A stretch of 32,000 nucleotides of DNA from Halomicronema hongdechloris C2206 (lineage in GTDB: Bacteria; Cyanobacteriota; Cyanobacteriia; Phormidesmidales; Phormidesmidaceae). The stretch covers positions 5,190,001 to 5,222,000 of the forward strand of contig NZ_CP021983.2 in the NCBI RefSeq assembly GCF_002075285.3, read 5' to 3'. Shown here piece after piece: positions 1-9,678 of the stretch (positions are counted from its first letter, which is position 1; each line of letters starts with the position of its first letter). Below the pieces are notes generated by a model. It searched no databases, was not told where the DNA came from, and saw only the letters and a list, made by a program, of their open reading frames with translations. The translations under genes and the position numbers were made by a program.

Positions 1-20
1 AGGCTGTGTCCTGGTATCCT

Positions 21-1406
21 ATGCGACAGTTAATCAGCACAACAAACACGAAGACGAGTACTAAAGCACCTCTAATCTTCCATGTATATGCGTTGTTCTT
101 TTGCCTCACGGTCATTGCAATCAACCCTTTCGCTGTTACCCGAGGTAGTATTTGGACCCAACCCAAGATATTATGTGTATTCGCTATTGTCATCCTGCAC
201 CTTCTAATCCTCTTTAAGGAACGGCAGCCAATAAGGCGTCCTAACCAGTGGAAGTTACAAGTATTTGGTTGGCTGGCCTTACTGGCTTCAGGTATTATCT
301 CAACCCTACTGAGTCCATTTCCTAGCCGTTCTTTCTTTGGCCATAGTATTACCGCTGATGGATGGCTGTATTGGTTATTAATAGCAGGCTTTGTACTCAC
401 AAACAGCCTGGTTTTGAAGCAATATCCTCGTCTATTTCTCTGGCAGCTTAGAGGAATTCTAGTTGGCGCGACGCTGGTAGCATTAAGCATGTATCCCCAG
501 TTTTTGAACTGGAAATTAGACTATACAGCTGATTCAGGACAACTTTGGCCTGGCACTGAACACGTATTGGCTACTGGCATCTATCAGGATCACCAGCCAG
601 TTGGGTTATACTCGCATCGGGGTTACGCAAGCTTTGCCTTAGCCATTGCATCAGTTCTATCTCTGGTAGCCCTGAAAAAGCAATGGCTTTCTGCTCGAGT
701 AGCACTTCCTTTGACTGCACTCCATGCAATAACGCTTAGTCTGGCTCGGGTCAGAGGTGCCATGCTTGCGATGCTTTTAGCCTGGCTCTGGCTCGCTTGG
801 ACCACACCCCGGCGTCGGTCTACGCAGCAACTGATCATCGCTTTGAGCTTAATAGGCCTATTAAGTTTTGGTTGGACTACGATGGAGCGACGAGTTATCA
901 ATGCTGATTTCTACGCTTCTACGCCATTCAGAGTAGCTCTCAAGCATTTTACCTCTGATAGAATATTTCTATGGCAGAAAGCTTGGCAAGGTATCCTGAA
1001 ACGCCCTTGGTTCGGTTGGGGCTTCAGCGGCTATTCCATTGCAGATACATACTATCTGTGTCCTGAGGGAACAGAACCAGTTATTTTAGAGGACTACTTC
1101 ACGCATTGTCAGCTAGAGACTGGTGAAACCGTTCAGGTTTCTGCCAAAGCAATTCATGCCCACAATGTTTTCTTAGACAAGTACATAGCACTGGGCGTAG
1201 TTGGAGCAAGCATCTACCTTGTTCTCATGAGCTACTATGCTTTAGCCGTACTTAAGGCCAAACCAGAGATATTAGCCTTGGTGATCACATATGCTAGCTA
1301 TATGCTTACCTGGTATGATTGTGGACAACTCAGTCATTTAGGTTGGTGGGCACTCAGCATTCAAACTAGTCTTCGGCACACTTCGGTTATTAATAACGAC
1401 CACTGA
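21..1406 (+). CDS. O-antigen ligase / O-antigen polymerase family (Wzy_C-like) polytopic membrane protein
   Basis: ORF 6..1406 has GTG at 6 and the first ATG at 21, and could extend upstream of the window. The translation has at least 10 hydrophobic spans and a long loop. It contains an RVRGAMLAMLLAWLWL segment and a C-terminal PWFGWGFSGY glycine motif, as in O-antigen ligase family proteins. Pattern-based call, no search done. Confidence 0.55.
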   Translation: MRQLISTTNTKTSTKAPLIFHVYALFFCLTVIAINPFAVTRGSIWTQPKILCVFAIVILHLLILFKERQPIRRPNQWKLQVFGWLALLASGIISTLLSPFPSRSFFGHSITADGWLYWLLIAGFVLTNSLVLKQYPRLFLWQLRGILVGATLVALSMYPQFLNWKLDYTADSGQLWPGTEHVLATGIYQDHQPVGLYSHRGYASFALAIASVLSLVALKKQWLSARVALPLTALHAITLSLARVRGAMLAMLLAWLWLAWTTPRRRSTQQLIIALSLIGLLSFGWTTMERRVINADFYASTPFRVALKHFTSDRIFLWQKAWQGILKRPWFGWGFSGYSIADTYYLCPEGTEPVILEDYFTHCQLETGETVQVSAKAIHAHNVFLDKYIALGVVGASIYLVLMSYYALAVLKAKPEILALVITYASYMLTWYDCGQLSHLGWWALSIQTSLRHTSVINNDH

Positions 1407-1599
1407 TATGCTCTCTAGGTGTCCCACTATCGCATGGGCACATGGATCTAGTTTCAAGGCTAACCATAAATCGCTTATCAGGTTTGATTCTGGCGTTAGT
1501 TAACTACTGAAGTAAGTGTATACTAGTTACTATGGTAGAAAAGTTGCGAATAAGTCTTACACTTATCCACCCCTAAGTCGCTAGATAGATAACTGTTTG

Positions 1600-2220
1600 A
1601 TGAGTCAGCACTTGTCAGATTCTGCTGCAACGGTTCAAGGATTGCTAAACCTTATCTTCTCAGAAGAAGAAGATATTGAAAATTTGCAGAATCAGTGCAT
1701 CTTAAATCAAGAAAAGTACGATCAGAAGGCATCCCTAGAGTTAGAATTTCATAGGAGTAAAGATGAAGTAGAAATCCCGGAAGACCAAAAAGAAATAGTC
1801 TGGTACCAAATTCGAAAAGAACTATCTGAGCTTCTGGATGAAATAAAACTACTGGAATATTCCATTACTTCTAAGCAGGAAATTATTGCCATTCTATGTG
1901 GCAGCATCCTCGAGATCGCGAAATATGGAATGATGGTTAATTATTCTAGATTAAGCGAATGTCCTGATGTAAGATTTATCGGAAAAGAGTCAATTAAAAA
2001 TATTATTTATCAAGGTTGCAAGCAGTCTAGGGAGTGCAAAACAGGAAAATATTCTAAATCTGTCCAATCGTGTTTTTCTAGCTTAGAGGATTCTTTTGGA
2101 AGTAGATTTTCTTTAAAAGAGAAACCATTTAAAAGCCTAGCCTGTTATATTATAGAGCTATTGGGTTGGAAAAATTACTTGGTCTATGAACGTGATATGA
2201 CAGCTTTGCTCTGCCGTTGA
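1600..2220 (+). CDS. hypothetical protein (AT-rich orphan; acidic coiled-coil-like N-half, Cys/Lys-rich C-half)
   Basis: ORF 1597..2220 has ATG at 1600. A spot count of a 60-nt line gives about 33% G+C versus about 60% in core genes. Sequence features: EEEDIENLQNQ and LSELLDEIKLLEY in the N-half, QGCKQSRECKTGKYSKSVQSCF in the C-half. No family recognised. Confidence 0.5.
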   Translation: MSQHLSDSAATVQGLLNLIFSEEEDIENLQNQCILNQEKYDQKASLELEFHRSKDEVEIPEDQKEIVWYQIRKELSELLDEIKLLEYSITSKQEIIAILCGSILEIAKYGMMVNYSRLSECPDVRFIGKESIKNIIYQGCKQSRECKTGKYSKSVQSCFSSLEDSFGSRFSLKEKPFKSLACYIIELLGWKNYLVYERDMTALLCR

Positions 2221-2287
2221 TGTAATGATGGAATTTCGATTAAACAGTAGAAGAAATACGTATGGAAGAAAATATTATATTGAACGC

Positions 2288-2863
2288 TTACTGAGGTAAA
2301 ATGATATAGTGAAAGGCCATAAAATCATCGGGCAAAATGGACGGATCAATAATCTCTAACGAACTTCCTGAATCAGCAAAATGGCCTGACCACCTGCCAC
2401 ATAACGCATAGATTCCCTGATCTTTTAGAAGTTGATCAACATATGAAACTGGATCAACATCTTCCTCAAAATATTGCTCGGAAACATTATTAGAACCATA
2501 TGAATCTAACACCCCCGTTGAGTCAAAACATACATAATTCATGAATTCTGTTGTATCGTTATATTCATAGTGGACAGCCTTTACCCTTAAAGCCTTTATA
2601 ACCTCAGGGATATACCTACTAATTTGTAAATGTCCGGTAGCGATATATTCTATGGTAGTCCATGCATTATCCCTAATTTGATAAAATAAATATCCTGAAT
2701 TGTCTACTCTAATGCGCCTGCCATAAACGTTTCTCTGAATCTCAATTGGGACTACACTATCAAGAACATGAATTATGTCTTCTATTGGTGCCTTGATAAA
2801 GTCAAGAAGTTGAGAGGTATCAGTATCTATACCTGTCTTTCGTGTAATTCGAGAAGTGTTCAT
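2288..2863 (-). CDS. hypothetical protein (AT-rich orphan, 191 aa)
   Basis: Uninterrupted 191-aa ORF in a region of about 32% G+C, where long ORFs are unlikely by chance. It is convergent with 1600..2220. No motif recognised. Confidence 0.55.
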   Translation of the reverse strand: MNTSRITRKTGIDTDTSQLLDFIKAPIEDIIHVLDSVVPIEIQRNVYGRRIRVDNSGYLFYQIRDNAWTTIEYIATGHLQISRYIPEVIKALRVKAVHYEYNDTTEFMNYVCFDSTGVLDSYGSNNVSEQYFEEDVDPVSYVDQLLKDQGIYALCGRWSGHFADSGSSLEIIDPSILPDDFMAFHYIILPQ

Positions 2864-3387
2864 TTATCATCGAATTAGGATACTTCAAGGTTTTCGGTTT
2901 TCAGCAGTTGTAGCCATTCTTGATTCCTCAGAGGTAGCGTAGCCAGGTGTAAATATCTTCGCCGCTATCAACTATCATGATTGGCTACAGCCTGATCTGG
3001 GAAACTGTTTATTTTCCACTATTTATAGTATAAGATAAGCTCTGGAGATCACGCTAGGTAAGAGATTCAGAAATGATTTAATTGTCCTTATTGATAGATA
3101 AAAACGGTTCTATTGGGTTTATTATGCTAATGTAGCGAGCTATACAGGAGAAGACAATGCAACCCCTTCTAACCAAGCTTCTGAATTTGCCTGGGGTTGA
3201 AGTTGAAGATTACTACGACCTCGGTGACCAGCTGATTCTAGATGTTGAAGCTCAGACTGACCGAGCAACCTGTCCTCGCTGTCACCAAGACAGTCATCAT
3301 GTTCATCAGAATCATCCCTATCTTGTGCGGGATCTAAGCATCAGTGACCGGACGGTGTTACTCAGGGTTAATCGACGGCAGTTCAAG

Positions 3388-4552
3388 GGGAGCATCTCAT
3401 TTTTGCGAGAACCCAGCATCTGTGCTGAGATGAAAGGGTAGTCTCTACCCCAAAAGCTCTTGTCCCCCGAAGACCAAGCCGCCTTAGCCCAGCATAGCCG
3501 CGAGATTGCCAAGATTCTGCATCGCAATAGCCCTCCTGAAGCCGTTGACACACTTGAAGGCATTGAAACGACGGTGCGGCAGCAGATGCTGGAGCACGTC
3601 AGTCCCGAAGTGGGAATTTTTTTGTCGAAGCGTGCACCCAAACCCAACGGGGACGCCCCCGGCAGCTAAAAAGTGTTCTGGGGACCCTCCCGATTCGGGA
3701 ACAGCAAGCCCAGCGGTTGGGCCTCGAACCCCACGGTCGTCTCAGCCCGCTCTTTGAGAAATGTGCGTTGCGGGTTGCGGCCTGCCAAAGCTATGGGAAA
3801 GGCGAAACCGACGTGTCCGTTTTAACGGGGATGTCGTTGAGTCATTCAACGCTGCAACGCCTCGTGCAACGCCAACGTGAGACCCCACCGGAGGCGAAGC
3901 AGACGGTCACCGAGATCAGTGTCGATGGCGGTAAAGTGCGCCTGCGGCATCCGGAAAAAGGCGAACCCAGTTACTGGAAAGAATACAAGAGTGCTCGGGT
4001 CGAGAATCTGTACTATGGGGCGGCGTTTCAGGCAAATGACTGGCTGCAAGACTGGCTAAATAGCCAACCGTTAGCGAACCCCATCATCTGCCTTGGCGAT
4101 GGGCATCGGGGCGTCTGGGCGGTGTTTCGTCCCATCGCCACCGTGGAAACCCGTTTAGAAATTCTCGATTGGTACCACTTGGTCGAAAACCTCTATGGAG
4201 TTGGGGGCTCATTAAAACGGCTGAAACAAGCCAAAGCTCTGTTATGGGAAGGGCGGGTTGATGAAACCCAGGCGTTATTTACCGACTGCGCTCTGGAGCA
4301 AGCCCGGCGATTCTGTGATTACTTGGAGCGACATCGTCACCGAATTGTGAATTACGGCTATTTTCAAGCTGAACAAATCTGTTCGATTGGCTCAGGTGCA
4401 GTTGAGTCAGCCATCAAGCAGATTGACCATCGCATGAAACTCCCAGGCGCTCAATGGGTGCCCGACAATGTTCAGCAAGCCTTGCAGGTGCGATGTGCCT
4501 ATCTGAATAGAGCCTACGATTGTTGATGTTTTTGCAACTTTGAGATGCTCCC
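3388..4552 (+). mobile_element. 1165-bp insertion sequence, ISKra4-family-like (tentative), inserted in the ISL3 transposase gene
   Basis: Terminal inverted repeats GGGAGCATCTCA (3388-3399) and TGAGATGCTCCC (4541-4552) match 12/12. The element is flanked by the direct repeat AGTTCAAG (3380-3387 and 4553-4560). Excising it restores the frame RRQFKCLTCGK. GGG ends, an 8-bp duplication and a two-frame transposase fit my recollection of the ISKra4/ISMich2 group. Confidence 0.75.
3460..4526 (+). CDS. IS transposase in two frames (frameshift at a T7 run)
   Basis: Frame 1 (3460-3669, TTG start) reads LSPEDQAALAQHSREIAKIL...VSPEVGIF. The -1 frame is open from 3612 to 4526 and reads GNFFVEACTQTQRGRPRQLKSVLGTLPIREQQAQRLGLEPH...ISVDGGKVRLRHPEKGEPSYWKEYKSARV...ILDWYHLVENLY. 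The two frames meet at T7 (3617-3623). Confidence 0.65.
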
Positions 4553-4753
4553 AGTTCAAGTGTCTGACCTGCGGTAAACCCTTTAGTGAACCATTAAACT
4601 TTGTCGGGAAACGGCGGAAACATACCGATCGATTTTGCAAAGCCATGGTGCAGCAATTGATTCATAACGATGCCCATAACGTCGCGATGAATAATGGATT
4701 GACAGATGAGGAGGTGGCCTCGATTGTCAAGTACATTGCAAAAAAGACCTAAA

Positions 4754-6240
4754 GGTGAATGGCACTGACATAAGAGAGCAGAAAAGGCTTCAAGCGCTTG
4801 ATCTGTAAGAATCGAAGTGTTGAAGCCCATAACTATGCCTCTATGATGCCGAATCGTGCCGAAGTCCTCAAGGAGAAATACCAGAACAGTATCGCTCTCC
4901 CGTTTGCCGAGGTGCTGCCGGAAGCTGAGATTCAGTCAGTGCTGAACGAGCAAGGAATCCGGTATCGCCGAGTGTTATACACGCCCATGGTGGTGCTCTG
5001 GAGTTGGCTCTCCCAAGTGCTCGATGTCGATGGTAGTCTCAGTCATGCCGTCAAGCGGGTGACGACCTGGATGAGCTTGTCGGGATTGACGGTGCCGTCA
5101 GCCGATACCGGGGGCTACAGTAAAGCGCGAAAACGTCTTCCCGAGTCAATTTTCCCGCCTTTGTTACAGCGGGTAGCGAGGGCCTTGCGACAGAAGGTGC
5201 CGCCCGCTCAACGGTGGTGTGGTCGTCCGGTCAAGGCCTTTGATGCGACGACCGTCTTGATGAGTGATACCGCAGCCAATCAAGCGGCGTATCCCCAACA
5301 CAGCAATCAAAAAGCCGGCTGTGGCTTTCCCATTCTCAAGCTGCAGGTGTGGTTTTGTGTGACGACCGGCGCGGTCCTGGAGGTGGCGATGGCCCCCTTT
5401 CGGGTGAGTGAATGGCGCTTGGCCCGCCAACTCTATCGGAAGCTGCGCCCGGAGGATGTGGTGGTGGCCGATTCAGCCTATGGCACCTATGTGGATCTGG
5501 CCTGGGTCGCCTTGACGGGAGCCGATGCCGTCTTTCGCAAGCATCATCAGCGCCGCTGTGATTTCAGGCGAGGCAAAAAATTAGGCATTGGCGACCACAT
5601 CGTCCGTTGGCAGCGCCCGAAACAATACCCCAAGGCCCTCTCATCTGGGGAGCTTGGGGCCTTGCCCGAGTCGATTGAGGTGCGGGAAGTCTATCTCTCG
5701 ATTCAGGTGCCTGGGTTTCGCCCCACCAACGTAGTGGTGGTGACCACGCTGAGAGACCCTAAACGCTATCCCAAAGCCAAATTGGCCGAACTCTATCACC
5801 GCCGTTGGCAGGCTAGCGAAGTCAATCTCAGGCATCTCAAGACCACCTTAGCCATGGAGATGATTGCGGCCAAAACGCCGGCCATGGTAACCAAAAGTAT
5901 TTGGCTGCATTTGGTGAGCTACAATCTGCTGCGGACGCTGATGTGGGATGCCACAGCCCACTCTGAGGTCGGCGCTTTACGGGTCTCCCTGCAGGGCACT
6001 CGGCAACAATTCAATCACTTCCGAGCCGAGTTCCTGCATCTGGCTCCATCCAAGCGAGGGCAGGGGTACCAAGCCTTGTTAAGCGCTGTGCGAGAGCTGA
6101 TAATTCCCCCTCGACCGAACCGCTCAGAACCTCGAGTCGTCAAACGTCGTCCTAAACCTTTTCCAAGAATGCAAGAACCCCGCTCGGTCCTGAAAGCTAA
6201 GCTGGTCGCTTGATAGGGCTTACGTCAGTGCCATTCGACC
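4754..6240 (+). mobile_element. IS4-family insertion sequence (about 1.49 kb)
   Basis: Imperfect terminal IRs: GGT-GAATGGCACTGACATAAG (4754-4774) against the reverse complement of CTTACGTCAGTGCCATTCGACC (6219-6240). One transposase ORF. No flanking direct repeat found. Confidence 0.7.
4843..6213 (+). CDS. IS4-family DDE transposase
   Basis: 456 aa from ATG 4843 (the track ORF starts at TTG 4798). Acidic motifs VKAFDATTV and VVADSAYG. IS4 signature Y-2-R-3-E-6-K in YHRRWQASEVNLRHLK. Confidence 0.85.
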   Translation: MMPNRAEVLKEKYQNSIALPFAEVLPEAEIQSVLNEQGIRYRRVLYTPMVVLWSWLSQVLDVDGSLSHAVKRVTTWMSLSGLTVPSADTGGYSKARKRLPESIFPPLLQRVARALRQKVPPAQRWCGRPVKAFDATTVLMSDTAANQAAYPQHSNQKAGCGFPILKLQVWFCVTTGAVLEVAMAPFRVSEWRLARQLYRKLRPEDVVVADSAYGTYVDLAWVALTGADAVFRKHHQRRCDFRRGKKLGIGDHIVRWQRPKQYPKALSSGELGALPESIEVREVYLSIQVPGFRPTNVVVVTTLRDPKRYPKAKLAELYHRRWQASEVNLRHLKTTLAMEMIAAKTPAMVTKSIWLHLVSYNLLRTLMWDATAHSEVGALRVSLQGTRQQFNHFRAEFLHLAPSKRGQGYQALLSAVRELIIPPRPNRSEPRVVKRRPKPFPRMQEPRSVLKAKLVA

Positions 6241-6342
6241 ACAGTCTGCTAAGAGATCAATACGGTATTGAGTTTTCCCAAGGCTGTGGAAAACATTGGG
6301 ATAAACTGGGGAAAACCTGGGGATTGCTTGGGGAAAACGGAG

Positions 6343-9300
6343 TCAGGACTGGAGATAATCTGAGGCGTTGGGAAGTTTACCTGGGAGGGTGGCGGCATGG
6401 TCTGGGGCTGGGGATTGGGGCAGAGGCTGGGGCAGGATGATGGTGAAGCAAGTGCTTTGGCCAACTTGAGACTGACACCGGAGCTGGCCGCGATGAATCT
6501 CGGTGACAATTTGATAACTGATGGAGAGGCCTAGGCCGGTACCTTTGCCCAAGGGCTTGCTCGTGAAGAAGGGATCGAATAGCCGGGGTTGAATGTCGGC
6601 GGGAATGCCGGGACCATTGTCGGCAATGGTAACTACTAGCCTGCCCTGGGAGTCCATTGCCGTTTGAATCTGAAGCTGGGGATGGGGGTGGCGGGGCATG
6701 ACTTCTTCGAGGGCATCGATGGCATTGCCCAAGATATTCATGAATACCTGATTGAGATGGCCGGGATAGCAGTGCACTGGGGGAATATCGCCATAATGTC
6801 GAGTGACTTGAATGGCTGGCCGTTCACCACGGGCCTTCAGGCGATATTGCAAAATCATCAGGGTGCTGTCTAGGTTCTCGTGAATGTCGACAACCTTAGC
6901 GGTGGCAGTATCCATGCGTGAGAAGGTACTGAGGGATGACACGATGGTCTGAATCCGATCGGCACCCACTTTCATGGAGTTCAATAACTTCGGCAGATCG
7001 TCCAAGAGAAAGGGCAGATCAATGGTGTGAATGGCCGTTGCGATCGCAGGGGCGGGGTCGGCATAGTGTTGCTGATAGAGCTCGATCAGCTGCAATAAAT
7101 CTTCGATATAAGTGCGGGCATGGTTGAGGTTGCCATAGATGAAGTTCATCGGGTTATTAATTTCATGGGCAACCCCAGCCACCAACTGCCCCAGGCTCGA
7201 CATTTTCTCACTCTGGATCAGCTGTAATTGGGCCTGCTGCAGTTCTCGGAGGGTGTGCTCTAGGTCGTGGGTCTGCTGCCGCAGCCGAGCTTCAGACTGT
7301 TGCAGGGCCAGTTCTGTCTGTTTCCGCTTGATGCCCAGGGCAATTTCGTTGGCCAAGAGGGCTAACCATCCCTGCAGAGAGGGTTTTAGGAGTTTCCGCA
7401 CCCCAACGGCCAGCACCCCCAAGACCTGGTCCTCGACGATTAATGGGTAACCCGCAAAGGCCACTAGGTCGGCGTGGCCGCCCCAGGGAGCTTGCATTTG
7501 CGGATCCATGGAGAGATCATTGCTGAGGTAAGGACAGCGCTGTTGCACGATTTGCCCCAGGGACGAGGTGGCTAGGGGCATCTGATCGGGCAAGGGTGGG
7601 GCGGTGTCGGGGTAGCCAGCGGTGGCTTGCCGCTGCAGGAGTTGTTGCCCGGCATCCAACAGCCAAAGATGGGCCACAGTGCCCTCCAGAATTTTGACCA
7701 GAGCCTCGGTACAGCCCTGCAGCATGGCCTGCAGCGGTTCTCCCCGGGTCAGAATCGAGTCGATGGCGGCGCGCAGCGTGGATAGGCGTACCTGTTCCCG
7801 CAGTAAATCCTCCGCCTGTTTGCGCTCGGTGATATCTTGCAGGGTGCCGAGGATACCTACCACCTGTCCCTCGCTGTCGTGCAGGGGTAACTTATTGGCC
7901 TCCAGCCAGATCTGGTTACCATCGTCTTGGTGATGGGTTTCCAGCATGTTCAGTAGGGGCTGGTTAGTCTCGATGACGGTGCGATCGCATCGCAGATACC
8001 ACTCCCGTTCCTGGGGAGTCCAGGGCAGCTCGGCATCTCGCTGGCCGACAATGGCCTCGGGGCTGTCTATGCCGATGGATTTGGCAAACTGCCGATTGCA
8101 GCCCAGATAGACCGACTGCCGATCCTTCCAGAAGATCAACTGGGGAATGTTATCCATCACCAGCTGCAGCAATTGCTGCGACTCTCGCAGCAGGCACTCG
8201 ACTTGTTTGCGATCGCGAATGTCCCGCACATTGGCTAGCACCACCTGCTGCTGCCCCAAGGTGACCTGCTGCAGCACCACCTCCACCTCAAAGCACTGGC
8301 CCGTATCCAGCCGCTGGGCTTGCCACTCAAAGGCAGGGGTATCCCCCGCCAACGCCTGCTGCCAAGCCTGGGCCAGCTGCTCAGGCGCATTATTGGGGCC
8401 AGAATAGTCGGCCAGAAAGGAGCGTTGCAGGGCCTCCTGCCGTGCCACTCCATAGAGAGACAACATGGTTTGATTCACATCCAGCAGGGTGCCATCCAGA
8501 GCGATGATAAAAATGGCCGCATAGATATGGTCAAACAGCGTTCGCAGGTCTGCCTCGGATGCCTGCAACGCTTGAGTGCGCTCGGCCACGCGGGTCTCTA
8601 ATTCCTGGTTCAGACGCTGTAACGTCGCTTCGGCCCGGCGGTGGTCCGTGACATCCCGCACGATCACCAACACCTGATCCCCACCACAGGGAACGACTCG
8701 CACCTCCTCATGCTGCATCTGATCCTGGTAAAACAGGACTTGATCGTAGATTTGCAGCATTCCCATATCCAGGGCCTGAGCCACGTAGTGCAGCCGCTTG
8801 TGGGCCTGCTCAGCCGGCATGACATCAAAAATATTGAGGATCTCCCCCTCCGCCATCAAGAGATTGACATTGCCCGGGGTGACAATTTCATAGAGGGGAC
8901 TATCCCGGCGCATCCGCAGAATTAAATCCGGCAAGGCCCGGATGATGGCCTGATTAGTGACATCGCTGGCGGGATATTCCGGCGCAACCACACGATCGGG
9001 GAGTTCAAACACCACCCCGGTTAGGTACAGAGTCAGATCATCGCAACGAGAGGTGACCTGGCCGCGATCGCACAGCCAACACACCCGTCCATCCTGACGC
9101 TGGATGCGGTAATTCAGCGTAAACGGTTGCCGAGTAGTCACGGCTTCTGCCACCATCTGGCGTACCCGGGGCCAGTCCTGAGGCACCACCCATTGCTGCC
9201 AGCCTTGGCCTGCCGTTAATGGCCCCACCATAGCCTCTAAAGCGGCGTCCCATGCCACTAGCCTGCCCTCTGCGTCGATGTGGCGACAGTAGGCCGCCAC

Positions 9301-9387
9301 TGGTAAGTCTGCCAACTGTTGTAGTGCATCGACTCCAGGGCCAGTCATGCCGTCTAAAGATGGGGCTGGGTTAAAGGGCGAGGACAT
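6343..9387 (-). CDS. multi-sensor (PAS/PAC x3-4 plus GAF) signal-transduction histidine kinase
   Basis: 1014 aa. PAS/PAC modules end with RDVTDHRRAE, RDIRDRKQVE and QDITERKQAE. There is a GAF-like segment. Kinase motifs: H-box GVAHEINNPMNFI, N-box NILGNAIDAL, G1 DNGPGIP, G2 GKGTGLGLSISYQIV. Confidence 0.9.
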   Translation of the reverse strand: MSSPFNPAPSLDGMTGPGVDALQQLADLPVAAYCRHIDAEGRLVAWDAALEAMVGPLTAGQGWQQWVVPQDWPRVRQMVAEAVTTRQPFTLNYRIQRQDGRVCWLCDRGQVTSRCDDLTLYLTGVVFELPDRVVAPEYPASDVTNQAIIRALPDLILRMRRDSPLYEIVTPGNVNLLMAEGEILNIFDVMPAEQAHKRLHYVAQALDMGMLQIYDQVLFYQDQMQHEEVRVVPCGGDQVLVIVRDVTDHRRAEATLQRLNQELETRVAERTQALQASEADLRTLFDHIYAAIFIIALDGTLLDVNQTMLSLYGVARQEALQRSFLADYSGPNNAPEQLAQAWQQALAGDTPAFEWQAQRLDTGQCFEVEVVLQQVTLGQQQVVLANVRDIRDRKQVECLLRESQQLLQLVMDNIPQLIFWKDRQSVYLGCNRQFAKSIGIDSPEAIVGQRDAELPWTPQEREWYLRCDRTVIETNQPLLNMLETHHQDDGNQIWLEANKLPLHDSEGQVVGILGTLQDITERKQAEDLLREQVRLSTLRAAIDSILTRGEPLQAMLQGCTEALVKILEGTVAHLWLLDAGQQLLQRQATAGYPDTAPPLPDQMPLATSSLGQIVQQRCPYLSNDLSMDPQMQAPWGGHADLVAFAGYPLIVEDQVLGVLAVGVRKLLKPSLQGWLALLANEIALGIKRKQTELALQQSEARLRQQTHDLEHTLRELQQAQLQLIQSEKMSSLGQLVAGVAHEINNPMNFIYGNLNHARTYIEDLLQLIELYQQHYADPAPAIATAIHTIDLPFLLDDLPKLLNSMKVGADRIQTIVSSLSTFSRMDTATAKVVDIHENLDSTLMILQYRLKARGERPAIQVTRHYGDIPPVHCYPGHLNQVFMNILGNAIDALEEVMPRHPHPQLQIQTAMDSQGRLVVTIADNGPGIPADIQPRLFDPFFTSKPLGKGTGLGLSISYQIVTEIHRGQLRCQSQVGQSTCFTIILPQPLPQSPAPDHAATLPGKLPNASDYLQS

Positions 9388-9678
9388 CGCGAAACCGCCG
9401 CTAATCGAGAAGCAAAGGACACGATCAGTTGTCTAAGGCAAGCCACACAATCTTCTCAGATCGAGTCGAGCTTAGGTATTTTTGCCAGCTCTAATCAGTC
9501 CATATTGCCGTACGCTATCTGGCTAGCGCCGTAGTAATCCTGTCAGCTCTAGATTTGCCTCCGCATTACCCCCTTATTTCACAATGTCTACAGCCACATC
9601 AGGAAACGATTGGAGTTAAGGAGCCCCTGCTTACAGAAACATCATCGATACCCAAGCCAGACCCCAGAGAGGAGCCTT

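Larger units (their letters stand above)
3157..4752 (+). pseudogene. ISL3-family transposase, 5' fragment, split by one IS and truncated by another
   Basis: 3157-3387 encodes MQPLLTKLLNLPGVEVEDYY...ATCPRCHQ...LVRDLSISDRTVLLRVNRRQFK, the zinc-finger start typical of ISL3 transposases. The frame resumes after the inserted element at 4553: CLTCGKPFSEPLNFVGKRRKHTDRFCKAMVQQL... It stops at 4752 where the IS4 element starts. The DDE part, roughly 250 codons, is absent. Confidence 0.75.

Noticed and set aside
6210-6440. 76-aa plus-strand ORF containing TGGGGAAAAC / TGGGGATTGC short repeats at the IS4-kinase junction.
   Set aside because: It overlaps the 3' end of the kinase gene on the opposite strand and the IS terminus. 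The Gly/Trp-rich translation reflects the repeats, not a protein family.
6664-9253. Numerous 60-100-aa ORFs on both strands inside the histidine kinase gene. The same situation occurs inside the GGDEF-EAL, aroA, thiOG and menC genes.
   Set aside because: They are alternative-frame or antisense ORFs in about 60% G+C DNA where stop codons are rare. Their translations are Arg/Pro/Ser/Cys-rich low-complexity, with no motifs. The overlapping long ORFs have clear family signatures.
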